Shown here: piece by piece, positions 9,691 to 22,783 of the stretch
How positions within the stretch are numbered: the first letter of the stretch is position 1
Layout: each line of letters begins with the position of its first letter
Assembly (NCBI GenBank): GCA_963787125.1
Contig: CAWBBV010000012.1
Span: forward strand, 128,001-192,000
Source: an uncultured delta proteobacterium
GTDB taxonomy: Bacteria > Desulfobacterota > Desulfuromonadia > Geobacterales > DSM-12255
Reading direction: 5' to 3'
DNA length: 64,000 nt
Program-made: the position numbers and the translations under genes
Notes under the pieces: model-generated
Seen by the model: only the letters and a program-made list of their open reading frames with translations
Databases searched by the model: none
What the model was told of the DNA's origin: nothing

Positions 9691-10296
9691 ATGCAAGAGA
9701 TTACCCCCCGCCAGCGCCAGGTGCTGGAATTCATCACTGCTTACATTGATAATAACGGCTATCCGCCGGCACAGCGGGAGATTGCCGCTCATCTGCAGAT
9801 CAGTGGTACCTTGCCGATCGGCAAGCATTTGACTGCCCTGGCAAAGAAGGGATATCTTAAGCGTGATGCCGTCAGTCGCGGTATCGTTCTGACCGCCCCC
9901 TTAAGCCGTTCCGTCTCTCTCCCCATTATCGGCACCGTCCGGGCCGGTCACCTTTCCCTGGCGATCGAGGATATCCAGGGCTATTTTTCCGTTGATCAGC
10001 TGGCGGTCAAGGGGAGTGACTGTTTCTTCCTGCGGGTCAGTGGCGACTCCATGATCGGCGCCGGCATCTTTGATGGCGATCTGGCTCTGGTGCGGCCCCA
10101 GGCTGTCGCCGAAAACAGGGATACGGTGGTTGCCATGGTGGATGGCGAGGCGACCCTGAAATGGTTCTACAGGGAACAGGGACATATCCGTCTCCAGCCG
10201 GCCAACCCCAATATGGATGCGATTATTATCCCTGCCGGTGAAGCTGAGGTCAGCATTGTCGGCAAGGTTATCGGCGTCTATCGCCGCCTGGAGTAA
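9691..10296 (+). CDS. lexA: SOS repressor LexA
   Basis: TPRQ..VLEFI, GYPP..REIA wHTH; V.AG cleavage site; GDSM and ATLK catalytic Ser/Lys. Confidence 0.95.
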   Translation: MQEITPRQRQVLEFITAYIDNNGYPPAQREIAAHLQISGTLPIGKHLTALAKKGYLKRDAVSRGIVLTAPLSRSVSLPIIGTVRAGHLSLAIEDIQGYFSVDQLAVKGSDCFFLRVSGDSMIGAGIFDGDLALVRPQAVAENRDTVVAMVDGEATLKWFYREQGHIRLQPANPNMDAIIIPAGEAEVSIVGKVIGVYRRLE

Positions 10297-10299
10297 CTC

Positions 10300-10548
10300 A
10301 TGCGGATCAGTGAGCCTATTCGCGTGGCGGTCGTCTTCGGGCCCGGGCGCACCATCAAGCCGGTCTGGTTCGACTGGAAGCAGCGCAAGCATGCCGTGCT
10401 GGAGACCACCTATACCTGGACCGACCTGAAAGGGAGCGCCAAACGCCTCCACTTTGCAGTGCGGGACGAAGGTGGCTTGTATGAGCTGACCTACGACACC
10501 GCCCAGCAGAGCTGGGAATTAAGCGGCCTGGAGGCGGGCTGCCCATGA
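10300..10548 (+). CDS. Small hypothetical protein of the lexA-dinB cassette
   Basis: 82 aa, starts 3 nt after lexA stop, GC-rich codon usage, aromatic beta-strand pattern (WFDW..W..HFAV..YEL.Y..W.L). Confidence 0.75.
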   Translation: MRISEPIRVAVVFGPGRTIKPVWFDWKQRKHAVLETTYTWTDLKGSAKRLHFAVRDEGGLYELTYDTAQQSWELSGLEAGCP

Positions 10549-11150
10549 CTACTTTTCCTTTGTCCGAACAAATTTTAGATTTAGTCCCGTCAACAGCCAG
10601 CATGCTGCCAGTGTTGAAGCTCTTCCTGCTACCCGTCGGAGGTGGAATCCCTGCTGGTGTTATGCTCGCTCAGGCCAAAGGTTTGGCCTGGCCCATTACC
10701 ACACTGCTTTACCTGGTTTCAGATGTTGCCCTGGCCCTTGCTTTTGAACCGATCCTGCGACTTCTCTCAATATTGTGCAGTAAAATACCGTTATTAGCTC
10801 GCTTCAGCAGCGTTCTAAAGGCCGCAACTGCTCGCAGTGTGACACATTTTACCGGTACCGGTGCCGGCCCCATTGCGCTTGTTATGATCGCTTTTGGTGT
10901 TGATCCTATGACTGGGCGCGCCTCGGCGCTGGCTGCCGGACATGGGTTCCTTAGCGGCTGGGCCTTTGCCATCGCTGGAGATATGTTGTATTTCACCGTC
11001 ATCGCGCTCACGACTTTGCACTTGAATTCTTATTTTAAAGACCCAAACACTACGATACTGGTTGTACTTGGCGCGATGTTTGGAGTGCCCATGATTGTAC
11101 GCTATTTTCGATCCACACTATTGGCGCCTCAAAGGACTGGACTGGAGTAA
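10545..11150 (+). CDS. Hypothetical integral membrane protein
   Basis: 201 aa with several hydrophobic segments, GGGIPAGV motif; ATGA overlap with previous gene. Confidence 0.7.
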   Translation: MTTFPLSEQILDLVPSTASMLPVLKLFLLPVGGGIPAGVMLAQAKGLAWPITTLLYLVSDVALALAFEPILRLLSILCSKIPLLARFSSVLKAATARSVTHFTGTGAGPIALVMIAFGVDPMTGRASALAAGHGFLSGWAFAIAGDMLYFTVIALTTLHLNSYFKDPNTTILVVLGAMFGVPMIVRYFRSTLLAPQRTGLE

Positions 11151-11204
11151 TTCAGATCTACACATGGTTAGTTTGATGGATAAATCTTATTGATGGTGGC
11201 TTGG

Positions 11205-12431
11205 ATGGAACACCGGATCGTATTGCATGTCGATATGAATGCCTTCTTCGCTTCTGTGGAGCAGCAAACCAACCCTGATCTACAAGGAAAACCGATAGCT
11301 GTTATCGGTCGGGGGCGCACTGTTGTTACCACCGCGTCCTATGAAGCCAGAGCCTTCGGGGTGAAGACCGGCATGAACACCTGGCAGGCTAAGCAGGCGT
11401 GCTCTCACATTATCTTTGTTATTGGTGACAACCGAAGATACACCCACACTTCGACACAGATCATGAGTATGATGCGGGACTATACTCCTCTGGTAGAGGT
11501 ATTTTCCATAGATGAGGCATGGATGGATGTAACTCATTCGCTCGCCATCTTCGGATCAGCGGAGAACATTGCCCACCAATTGAAAGCCCGCATAAAGCAC
11601 CGCTTCGGCATCACCTGTTCCGTCGGTATCGCCCCCAACAAACTTTTAGCCAAGCTGGCCAGCGAGATGCAAAAGCCTGACGGGCTGACGGTTATCGCGG
11701 CGACCGAGGTTGGCCGGATTCTGGAAAATATGCCGGCCCGGGAACTGTGCGGCATCGGCCGTAAAGTTGAGCAGAGCCTCCTTATGATGGGGATCCGGAC
11801 CTGCGGCGAGCTGGGGCGCTACCCGCTGGAGCGGTTGACCCGCAAGTTCGGTATTGTCGGCGGGCAGCTGCAGCAGATGGGCCGGGGAATCGATACCAGC
11901 CCGGTGGTGCCGGCCGATGAGCAGGAAGAGGTGAAGAGCGTCGGCCACAGCATGACCCTGGAGCGTGATATTGAGAGTCGCCATGATATGCTCAAGTATC
12001 TGCTGCAACTGGCCGAAATGGTGGGGCGCCGGGCGAGGCGCTACGGCGTGGCCGGTAAGACCGTACATCTGACGGTGCGGCTGGCTGACTTTACCACGGT
12101 CGGCAAACAGTCCACCCGGAGAGAGCCGACCAACCAGAGCGACGAAATCTTTGCTGAGGCGGTACGGATTCTGGACAGCCTTGATCCGGGGCAGCCGGTG
12201 CGTCTTTTGGGGATCAGGATCACCAACCTGCGCTACCAGCGGCTGCAGCTGCCGCTGTTTGCAGAGGAGCGGCGCAAACTGCTGGCCACCGCCGCCATGG
12301 ATGAGGTGAACGACCGCTACGGCGGCTTTGCCGTGACCTACGGCAGCGTGCTGGACAACGAGGAGAAGGGGTCATTCGTCATTTCACCGGCGTGGCGGCC
12401 GGACGGGATCAGGAATGTTGAGGTGGAGTGA
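11205..12431 (+). CDS. dinB: DNA polymerase IV (Y family)
   Basis: HVDMNAFFASVEQ, ASYEARAFGV, SIDEA, KPDG, QLPLF clamp motif. Confidence 0.95.
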   Translation: MEHRIVLHVDMNAFFASVEQQTNPDLQGKPIAVIGRGRTVVTTASYEARAFGVKTGMNTWQAKQACSHIIFVIGDNRRYTHTSTQIMSMMRDYTPLVEVFSIDEAWMDVTHSLAIFGSAENIAHQLKARIKHRFGITCSVGIAPNKLLAKLASEMQKPDGLTVIAATEVGRILENMPARELCGIGRKVEQSLLMMGIRTCGELGRYPLERLTRKFGIVGGQLQQMGRGIDTSPVVPADEQEEVKSVGHSMTLERDIESRHDMLKYLLQLAEMVGRRARRYGVAGKTVHLTVRLADFTTVGKQSTRREPTNQSDEIFAEAVRILDSLDPGQPVRLLGIRITNLRYQRLQLPLFAEERRKLLATAAMDEVNDRYGGFAVTYGSVLDNEEKGSFVISPAWRPDGIRNVEVE

Positions 12432-12518
12432 TTTCTCCTCTGGTTTAAAACAAATAGGGTGCTAAACTCAGTTGCGAAACTGTTCTGACATTTTGTTTTA
12501 CAAATCGCGAACGGCCGG

Positions 12519-15164
12519 GTGGCAATGGAAGTTATCACGACACATGTAAATGCTGATTTTGACTGCCTCGGATCGATGCTTGCTGCGCAGAAGCTTTATC
12601 CGGGTGCGCAGATGGTTTTTTCCGGCTCACAGGAGAAGGGGGTCCGGAATTATCTCCTTAAAGCCCAATTCCCGTTTACCCGCCTGAAAGATATCAATCT
12701 TGCTGAAATATCGCGTCTTATCCTGGTCGACTGCCAGCACGCCGCCAGAATCGGCTCGTTTGCCGCGGTTGTGGGGCGCGCCGGTCTTGATATCCATATC
12801 TATGACCACCATCCTGATGTAGCCGGCAATATCCCGCCTCAAGGGGGGACAATCCGCTCCTGCGGCTCCACTTCAGCCATTCTGGCAACAATTCTCCGTA
12901 CAAAGGGGGTGACCCTTGCCCCTCAGGAAGCAACCGCGCTCATGCTCGGCATCTATGAAGACACCGGGAATCTCACCTATCACGGTACTTCGGCGGAGGA
13001 TTTCACTGCGGCCGCCTGGTTGCTGACCCAAGGGGCGCAGCTTGCTGCCGTTGGTGATTTTCTCACCAAAGAGCTTAATGTCGAGCAGGTGTCACTTTTG
13101 AATGACCTGCTCCATTCCATGAAGCGCCTTGTCATCGGCGGCCTTGATGTCTGTATTGCCACAGCGTCACTGGATTATTATGTTAGTGACATAGCCGCTC
13201 TGGCCCAGACGATACGGGATATGGAGGGTCTGGATACCTTCTTTATGATTGTCGGTATGGGGAGCCGGGTCCATGTCATCGGTCGGGGCCGCGGAGCTTC
13301 TCTTGATGTCGGTGATGTTCTGCGCAGTTTTGGCGGTGGAGGGCATGTCACCGCCGGATCTGCCACGGTCAAGGATTTAACGACCATTCAGGTGCTCCAT
13401 CAGCTGGAAGGGGTGCTTTTTTCCAGGGTGAATCCCCAACGAGCGGTCGCTTCAATAATGTCGTCACCGGTGAAGACAGTCCCGGCGGCAAGCTCCATTG
13501 CTGACGCCAGAAGTCTGCTGACCCGCTATAATGTCAATGCCATGCCGGTTATGGACGGTGAACGGATGGTCGGGGTCATCTCGAGGCGGATTGTGGAAAA
13601 GGCCCTTTATCACCGTCTCGGTGCGGTTCCGGTAACGGATTATATGCATACGGAATTTGTCCGGCTGGATACTGATACACCCATTAGTGCGGTCAAGGAT
13701 TACCTGACGGGGGAGAACCAGCGTTTTGCCCCGGTATTCAGCGACGCCGGGCTTGTTGGGGTAGTAACCCGTACTGATCTTTTCCGCTATATCAACAGTG
13801 TGGAAAAGAGCGTTGCAACAAGCTTAGAGGGGGATGACACCGGCAGGGATATGCTCAACAGGATCAGGCATACCCTTCCCAATGAAATTTTAAAAACTCT
13901 GCGCAATCTTGGCAGGATTGGAGATGACCTTGACCTTAAGGTCTATGCTGTCGGCGGGTTCGTGCGCGACCTGATTCTCGGTGAGCCCAGTTCAGATCTT
14001 GATGTGACCGTTGAAGGTGACGGAATACTGTTTGCCGAAACATTTGCCGCGGAGCATGGCTGCCGCGTCAAGAGCCATCAGAAGTTCGGCACGGCAACGA
14101 TCATCGCACCAGATGGCTCCAAAATCGATGTGGCCAGCACCAGGCTTGAATACTACGATTCTCCGGGAGTCCTCCCGACGGTGGAAAGGTCATCGCTGAA
14201 GATGGATCTTTACCGGCGGGATTTTACCATTAATACTCTGGCGATAGCTCTGACAGCCGCTGAATTCGGCAGACTGATAGATTTCTTCGGCGCCAGACCT
14301 GATCTGAAGAACAAGAGCATCAGAGTGCTGCACAATCTCTCTTTTGTTGAAGATCCGACCCGGGTTTTCAGGGCGGTACGTTTTGAGCAGCGGCTCGGTT
14401 TTAAAATGGCTACCCATACGGAAAATCTTATCAAAAACAGTATCAAGATGAATTTTCTCGAGAAACTCGGCGGCAGGCGGCTCTTCTCCGAGCTGGTGCA
14501 TATTTTTGAAGAGAGGGAACCCCACTATGCTGTCAAGCGGATTGCTGCTCTCGGGGCTTTAAAATATATTCATCGGTCACTTGAAGTAACAGATGATATA
14601 ATGCTTATTTTTAAAGAGTCAGATCATATTATCTCCTGGTTCGAACTGCTGTATCTGAAGCAGCCTTTTGAACGCTGGATCGTTTATCTGCTGGCAATCT
14701 GCAGTAATCTTTCGACTGATGATTTTGTTGAAACCTGTATCAGGCTCGATATTGGTCCAAAGTTCATCGAAAGGTATTTTGAGGCAAGAGTTAACGGGGT
14801 GAAGGCGCTTGAAAAACTGATAAAAAGTAGCAGCGGCAAAAGCCGGTCACTCCTCCCCAGTGAGGTCTGTTCACTGCTGCGGGCTCTGCCGGTTGAAATG
14901 CTTCTGCATCTGATGGCTCGTACCGACGAGAATACCCGCAGGCAGTTCTCAATCTATTTCACCAATCTGGCGCAGGTTGAGATAACAATAGACGGCAACG
15001 ACCTGAAAAATATCGGCTTGAAGCAAGGATCGGTTTACAAGCAGATTCTTGATACGATTCTTGATGCAAAGTTGGACGGTAATGTTTCCAGCCGGGAGGA
15101 TGAGCTGGAACTGGCAAAACGGCTGATAATAAAAGAGAAGTTAGTCCAGGGAGGGGTAAAATGA
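12519..15164 (+). CDS. DHH/CBS-domain tRNA nucleotidyltransferase (probably A-adding type)
   Basis: N-terminal DHH (YDHH) and GGGGH DHHA1, CBS pair, VGGFVRD..DLDV, DLYRRDFTIN, FVEDPTR. Confidence 0.88.
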   Translation: MAMEVITTHVNADFDCLGSMLAAQKLYPGAQMVFSGSQEKGVRNYLLKAQFPFTRLKDINLAEISRLILVDCQHAARIGSFAAVVGRAGLDIHIYDHHPDVAGNIPPQGGTIRSCGSTSAILATILRTKGVTLAPQEATALMLGIYEDTGNLTYHGTSAEDFTAAAWLLTQGAQLAAVGDFLTKELNVEQVSLLNDLLHSMKRLVIGGLDVCIATASLDYYVSDIAALAQTIRDMEGLDTFFMIVGMGSRVHVIGRGRGASLDVGDVLRSFGGGGHVTAGSATVKDLTTIQVLHQLEGVLFSRVNPQRAVASIMSSPVKTVPAASSIADARSLLTRYNVNAMPVMDGERMVGVISRRIVEKALYHRLGAVPVTDYMHTEFVRLDTDTPISAVKDYLTGENQRFAPVFSDAGLVGVVTRTDLFRYINSVEKSVATSLEGDDTGRDMLNRIRHTLPNEILKTLRNLGRIGDDLDLKVYAVGGFVRDLILGEPSSDLDVTVEGDGILFAETFAAEHGCRVKSHQKFGTATIIAPDGSKIDVASTRLEYYDSPGVLPTVERSSLKMDLYRRDFTINTLAIALTAAEFGRLIDFFGARPDLKNKSIRVLHNLSFVEDPTRVFRAVRFEQRLGFKMATHTENLIKNSIKMNFLEKLGGRRLFSELVHIFEEREPHYAVKRIAALGALKYIHRSLEVTDDIMLIFKESDHIISWFELLYLKQPFERWIVYLLAICSNLSTDDFVETCIRLDIGPKFIERYFEARVNGVKALEKLIKSSSGKSRSLLPSEVCSLLRALPVEMLLHLMARTDENTRRQFSIYFTNLAQVEITIDGNDLKNIGLKQGSVYKQILDTILDAKLDGNVSSREDELELAKRLIIKEKLVQGGVK

Positions 15165-15625
15165 TTATTGAGGGAACAGCTGCGCCGGACTTCAGGTTGA
15201 CCGGTAGTGACAGCAAAGAGCATTCGCTCAGCGATTACAGGGGGAAAACGGTTGTTATTTACTTTTATCCACGTGACAACACCCCGGGGTGTACCAAGGA
15301 GGCGTGTGGCTTCAGGGACATGCACGCGATCATCACCGGCCTGAACGCCGTAGTTCTGGGTGTCAGTAAAGACAGCCTGAAAGCCCACGACAAGTTCATC
15401 AATGACTTCAGTCTGCCGTTTACGCTGCTTTCAGATCCTGATCTGGGGATGATGAAAGCGTATGGCGCTTATGGCGAGAAGGTCATGTACGGTAAAACCG
15501 TTGAGGGGTGTATCCGTTCAACAGTGGTTGTAAATCCCGACGGTAAGGTGATCAAACACTGGAAGAAAGTTGCCAAAGCAGAAAGCCACCCGGCGGATGT
15601 TCTTAAATATCTGCAGAACGCCTAG
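15161..15625 (+). CDS. bcp: Thioredoxin-dependent peroxiredoxin Bcp/PrxQ
   Basis: YFYPRDNTPGCTKEACGFRD. Confidence 0.93.
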   Translation: MIIEGTAAPDFRLTGSDSKEHSLSDYRGKTVVIYFYPRDNTPGCTKEACGFRDMHAIITGLNAVVLGVSKDSLKAHDKFINDFSLPFTLLSDPDLGMMKAYGAYGEKVMYGKTVEGCIRSTVVVNPDGKVIKHWKKVAKAESHPADVLKYLQNA

Positions 15626-15763
15626 GAGGCTGTCGGGCTTAGGAAATCTAAGCGAAAATTCGGCTGGACGAGGGCAGATTTTGTCGATTTTGAAGGGTAA
15701 TAGTTGTTCTATTGGTCAAGAAATCGGCGATATATGCACCGTTCAGACGGATTTGCAGCAGAT

Positions 15764-15786
<23 letters not shown>
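15625..15786. mobile_element. 162-bp MITE-like hairpin repeat, copy 2 (inverted relative to copy 1)
   Basis: TIRs GGAGGCTGTCGGGCTTAG / CTAAGTCCGACAGCCTCC; overlaps the bcp stop and the bioA 3' end. Confidence 0.85.
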
Positions 15787-18849
<3,063 letters not shown>

Positions 18850-18888
18850 AACCCCTCCGGCGTCTCAAATATCATGAGATTAAAAGTC

Positions 18889-18920
18889 TTGTCAACCTGA
18901 ATCGGATTACAAGTTGACCA
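18889..18920. promoter_or_regulatory. BirA operator upstream of bioB
   Basis: TTGTCAACC-N14-AGTTGACCA matches the deltaproteobacterial BirA palindrome TGTCAACC-N14-GGTTGACA. Confidence 0.75.
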
Positions 18921-19015
18921 TTTTCAAGATAAGGGAGAGCTGACGATGTCTCTGGATTTTTTCATTTGCTTCATGGTAGACTTTTAAATCAAATTCAGAT
19001 TCAGAAGGACTATTC

Positions 19016-19387
19016 ATGTATAAACTCAAAGTTGTCACATCTTTTGCCGCTGCCCATAATCTTAATAATTATCAGGGTGAGTGTGAAAATCTCCATGGAC
19101 ACAACTGGCGGGTGGAGGTCACGGTAACCGCCAGGGAGCTGGACAAGGCCGGACTCTGCATCGACTTCAAGATTCTCAAGGCGCAGACTAAAGAGCTTCT
19201 AGGTACTCTTGACCACAAATATCTCAATGAACTTGATTGCTTCAAGGGTGATTCACCTTCGTCGGAGAATATTTCCCGCTACGTTTTTCATGAACTCAGC
19301 CGAACTTTTAATGACGGCAATGTCAAAGTTGATATGATCACCGTCTGGGAATCAGATTTTGCCTGCGCCAGCTACTATGAAGAGTGA
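19016..19387 (+). CDS. queD: 6-carboxytetrahydropterin synthase
   Basis: FAAAH.L...C.NLHGHNW, LDHKYLN, PSSEN, WES. Confidence 0.95.
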   Translation: MYKLKVVTSFAAAHNLNNYQGECENLHGHNWRVEVTVTARELDKAGLCIDFKILKAQTKELLGTLDHKYLNELDCFKGDSPSSENISRYVFHELSRTFNDGNVKVDMITVWESDFACASYYEE

Positions 19388-20129
19388 TGCGGCGGAACTG
19401 ATTGAACTGTTCTCCTCGGTTCAGGGGGAAGGGGTATTAATCGGCTGCCGGCAGGTTTTCATCCGCCTCATGGGGTGCAATCTTTCCTGCGACTACTGCG
19501 ATACCAATATCGGGGTTGATATGACAACCTGTCGCCTGGAGCTCACTCCGGGGCGGCTTGATTTTCAGGAACTGGCAAATCCAGTCGAGATGGCGCGCGT
19601 TGTTGCGCTGCTTAAAAGGTGGGAGCGTGGCTGGCCAAAGGTTCATCACTCAATCTCCCTGACCGGTGGTGAACCTCTCCTTCATGTTGATCTGCTGCAC
19701 CGCTGGTTGCCGCAGCTGCGGGAGATACTCCCAGTTCACCTGGAGACAAACGGTGTCCTGCATCTGGCTCTTTCACGGATTATTCATGAGCTTGATTTTA
19801 TCAGTATGGATATCAAACTGCCGTCCTCTTCAGGTGAAACAGGACTATGGGATCATCATCGCAGCTTCCTGGAGATCGCCGCAGAGACTGAGGTCTCCGT
19901 CAAGATTGTTGTTAACTCTTCTACTGAGCACTGGGAGATTCAGCGGGCCGCCGAGATGATCGCAGCAGTAGCTAAAGATGTTCCGCTTATTATTCAGCCG
20001 GAAACAGCGGAAAATCTCTCCATTAAAATATCTTCCCTTGGACTTTTAGAGCTACAGGAGATTGCTGCAAACATTATTAATGATGTCCGGATAATCCCCC
20101 AGACGCACAGATTTATCGGCCTCCTCTGA
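19377..20129 (+). CDS. queE: 7-carboxy-7-deazaguanine synthase
   Basis: FSSVQGEG, GCNLSCDYCDT, TGGEPLL, LETNG, IPQTH. Confidence 0.92.
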   Translation: MKSDAAELIELFSSVQGEGVLIGCRQVFIRLMGCNLSCDYCDTNIGVDMTTCRLELTPGRLDFQELANPVEMARVVALLKRWERGWPKVHHSISLTGGEPLLHVDLLHRWLPQLREILPVHLETNGVLHLALSRIIHELDFISMDIKLPSSSGETGLWDHHRSFLEIAAETEVSVKIVVNSSTEHWEIQRAAEMIAAVAKDVPLIIQPETAENLSIKISSLGLLELQEIAANIINDVRIIPQTHRFIGLL

Positions 20130-20231
20130 CCATTCAAAGCACATTTGCCTTTACAAGCAGACAGCGTCAGTTTATATTTCATCGGTTAAGTGAAATATAA
20201 AATCCGCCGCAGCTGTTAGTGTAAAGAGCCC

Positions 20232-22043
20232 ATGTCAATCGAAAATATCCGTAATTTTTCCATCATAGCCCACATAGATCACGGTAAGTCCACCCTTGCA
20301 GACAGATTGCTGGAATTTACCGGTGCCCTCTCCGACAGAGAGAAGCAGAACCAGTTCCTTGACAAGATGGATCTGGAGCGTGAGCGCGGCATCACCATCA
20401 AGGCGCAGACTGTCCGCCTCAATTACACTGCCGACAATGGCAAGACCTATATTCTCAATCTTATCGATACTCCCGGCCATGTAGATTTCACCTACGAGGT
20501 GTCCCGTTCGCTGGCCGCCTGTGAAGGGGGGCTGCTTGTGGTTGATGCTTCCCAGGGTGTTGAAGCCCAGACGCTTGCCAACGTTTACCTTGCCCTTGAT
20601 AATAATCTGGAAGTATTCCCGGTACTCAACAAGATAGACCTCCCGGCCGCCGAACCTGAGCGTGTCATTCAGGAGATTGAGGACATCATCGGCATAGATG
20701 CTCATGATGCTGTTCTGGCGAGCGCCAAGCAGGGAATCGGCACCCATGAAATTCTTGAGGAAATTGTCAAAAAGATCCCTGCTCCAAAGGGTGACCCTAA
20801 AGCTCCGCTCAAGGCGCTGCTGTTTGACTCCTGGTACGATCAGTATCAAGGCGTTATTATCCTTGTCAGGATTTTTGACGGCGTCCTGAGCAAAGGTGAC
20901 AAGCTGCTGTTGATGGCGACCAAGGGCAGCTATGAGGCGCTGAAGATCGGTGTTTTTGCTCCGGTCATGACCGAGGTGCAATCTCTTTCCGCCGGTGAAG
21001 TCGGTTTTGTGATCGCCGGTATCAGGGATGTTGCCGATGCCAAGGTCGGCGATACGGTAACCCATGCCCTTACACAATCAAAAAAGCCCTGCGATGCTGC
21101 GTTTACCGGTTTTAAAGAGGTGAAGCCTATGGTTTATTCAGGGCTTTACCCGATTGATACTTCCCAGTACGAGCAGCTGCGGGATGCTCTTGCAAAACTA
21201 AAGCTGAATGATTCATCTTTTTCTTTCGAGCCGGAAACGTCAATGGCGCTCGGCTTTGGTTTCCGCTGCGGTTTTCTCGGTCTTCTCCATATGGAGATCA
21301 TTCAGGAAAGGCTGGAACGTGAGTTCAATCTGGATCTGATAACCACCGCTCCGACGGTTGTTTATAGAATCCACCGGACCGACAGCACCATGATTCAGAT
21401 CGAGTCTGCTGCCAAACTGCCGGAACTGTCCCATATCGACTATATCGAAGAGCCGTTTATCCTTGCTCATATCCATGTGCCCAACGATTATGTCGGGGCG
21501 GTGCTGGCTCTTTGTGAAGAGAAGCGCGGTGTCCAGCGCGAGATTAAATATCTGACCACGACCCGTGTCATGATTATATACGAGCTACCACTGAATGAGA
21601 TCGTCCTCGATTTTTATGACCGGCTGAAATCTATTTCCAAAGGGTACGCCTCCCTTGATTATGAACATCTGGATTATCGCAAAAGCGAACTTATAAAGCT
21701 GAACATTCTTATCAATGACGAAACGGTTGATGCCCTCTCACTCATTATCCACCGTGACAAGGCTTACTACCGTGGTCGTGACCTTGTCAAAAAGATGAAA
21801 GAGCTGATCCCGCGGCAGATGTTCGAAGTTGCTATTCAGGCTGCAATCGGTAACAAGGTGGTTGCCCGCGAAACTGTCAAGGCGATGCGCAAGGACGTTC
21901 TTGCCAAATGCTATGGCGGTGATATTTCCCGTAAACGCAAGCTGCTCGAAAAGCAGAAAGAGGGGAAAAAGCGGATGAAGAGTGTCGGCAATATTGAGCT
22001 GCCACAGGAAGCTTTTCTCGCAATTCTCAAGGTTGAAGATTAA
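20232..22043 (+). CDS. lepA: Translation elongation factor 4
   Basis: [45 protein letters not shown]. Confidence 0.98.
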   Translation: MSIENIRNFSIIAHIDHGKSTLADRLLEFTGALSDREKQNQFLDKMDLERERGITIKAQTVRLNYTADNGKTYILNLIDTPGHVDFTYEVSRSLAACEGGLLVVDASQGVEAQTLANVYLALDNNLEVFPVLNKIDLPAAEPERVIQEIEDIIGIDAHDAVLASAKQGIGTHEILEEIVKKIPAPKGDPKAPLKALLFDSWYDQYQGVIILVRIFDGVLSKGDKLLLMATKGSYEALKIGVFAPVMTEVQSLSAGEVGFVIAGIRDVADAKVGDTVTHALTQSKKPCDAAFTGFKEVKPMVYSGLYPIDTSQYEQLRDALAKLKLNDSSFSFEPETSMALGFGFRCGFLGLLHMEIIQERLEREFNLDLITTAPTVVYRIHRTDSTMIQIESAAKLPELSHIDYIEEPFILAHIHVPNDYVGAVLALCEEKRGVQREIKYLTTTRVMIIYELPLNEIVLDFYDRLKSISKGYASLDYEHLDYRKSELIKLNILINDETVDALSLIIHRDKAYYRGRDLVKKMKELIPRQMFEVAIQAAIGNKVVARETVKAMRKDVLAKCYGGDISRKRKLLEKQKEGKKRMKSVGNIELPQEAFLAILKVED

Positions 22044-22126
22044 AACTACTGGTGCTCAGGCTGAAGGCAGTCCACCTAGCCCAGATAAACTGGATAACTT
22101 CTAACTTACTAAAACATGAGGTTTTT

Positions 22127-22780
22127 ATGGAAGATCTTAAAAATATGGCTGTTTCTGAAACCGGCCAGTCGGTAAAGAAAAAACATATTGCCCGTGAGTA
22201 TGCCGAGTCAATAATTGTTGCAATCATTCTAGCCCTGATTATCAGGACTTTTCTTGTGCAGGCCTTCAAGATTCCTTCAGGTTCCATGGAAGATACCCTT
22301 CTCATCGGTGACCATCTACTGGTAACCAAGTTCCTCTACGGCACAAAAATTCCTTTTACCGACACGAAAATCCTCAAGATACGTGACCCACAGCGGGGTG
22401 ATGTTGTGGTTTTTGAATATCCTGAAGATCCCAGCAAGGATTTTATCAAGCGTGTTGTCGGTATTCCCGGAGACGTTGTCGAGGGTAAAGAAAAGAAAGT
22501 GTTTGTTAACGGTAAGCCCTTTGAAAATCCTCACGAGATCCACAAGGAAAAAGAGCTTATCTCTAAAGCCCAGAACCCGCGTGATTCCTTTGGTCCGGTC
22601 ACAGTACCGGCCGATTCATACTTTGTCATGGGTGATAACCGCGATCGTTCCTACGACAGTCGCTTCTGGGGTTTTGTAAAAAGTCCCAAGATCAAAGGGA
22701 AAGCTTTCATCAAGTACTGGTCGTGGGACAGCGATAAATTCGCTGTTCGTTTCAGAAATATCGGGAGACTCATTAACTAA
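22127..22780 (+). CDS. lepB: Signal peptidase I
   Basis: IPSGSM, FIKRVVG, GDNRD.S.DSRFWG; ATG 22127 with GAGG RBS. Confidence 0.95.
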   Translation: MEDLKNMAVSETGQSVKKKHIAREYAESIIVAIILALIIRTFLVQAFKIPSGSMEDTLLIGDHLLVTKFLYGTKIPFTDTKILKIRDPQRGDVVVFEYPEDPSKDFIKRVVGIPGDVVEGKEKKVFVNGKPFENPHEIHKEKELISKAQNPRDSFGPVTVPADSYFVMGDNRDRSYDSRFWGFVKSPKIKGKAFIKYWSWDSDKFAVRFRNIGRLIN

Positions 22781-22783
22781 TTA

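Noticed and set aside
20235..21077. Long antisense ORFs (280 aa opposite lepA, 248 aa opposite the IS1380 transposase, 217 aa opposite the S1 gene)
   Set aside because: Shadow frames of well-supported genes with no recognisable motifs.
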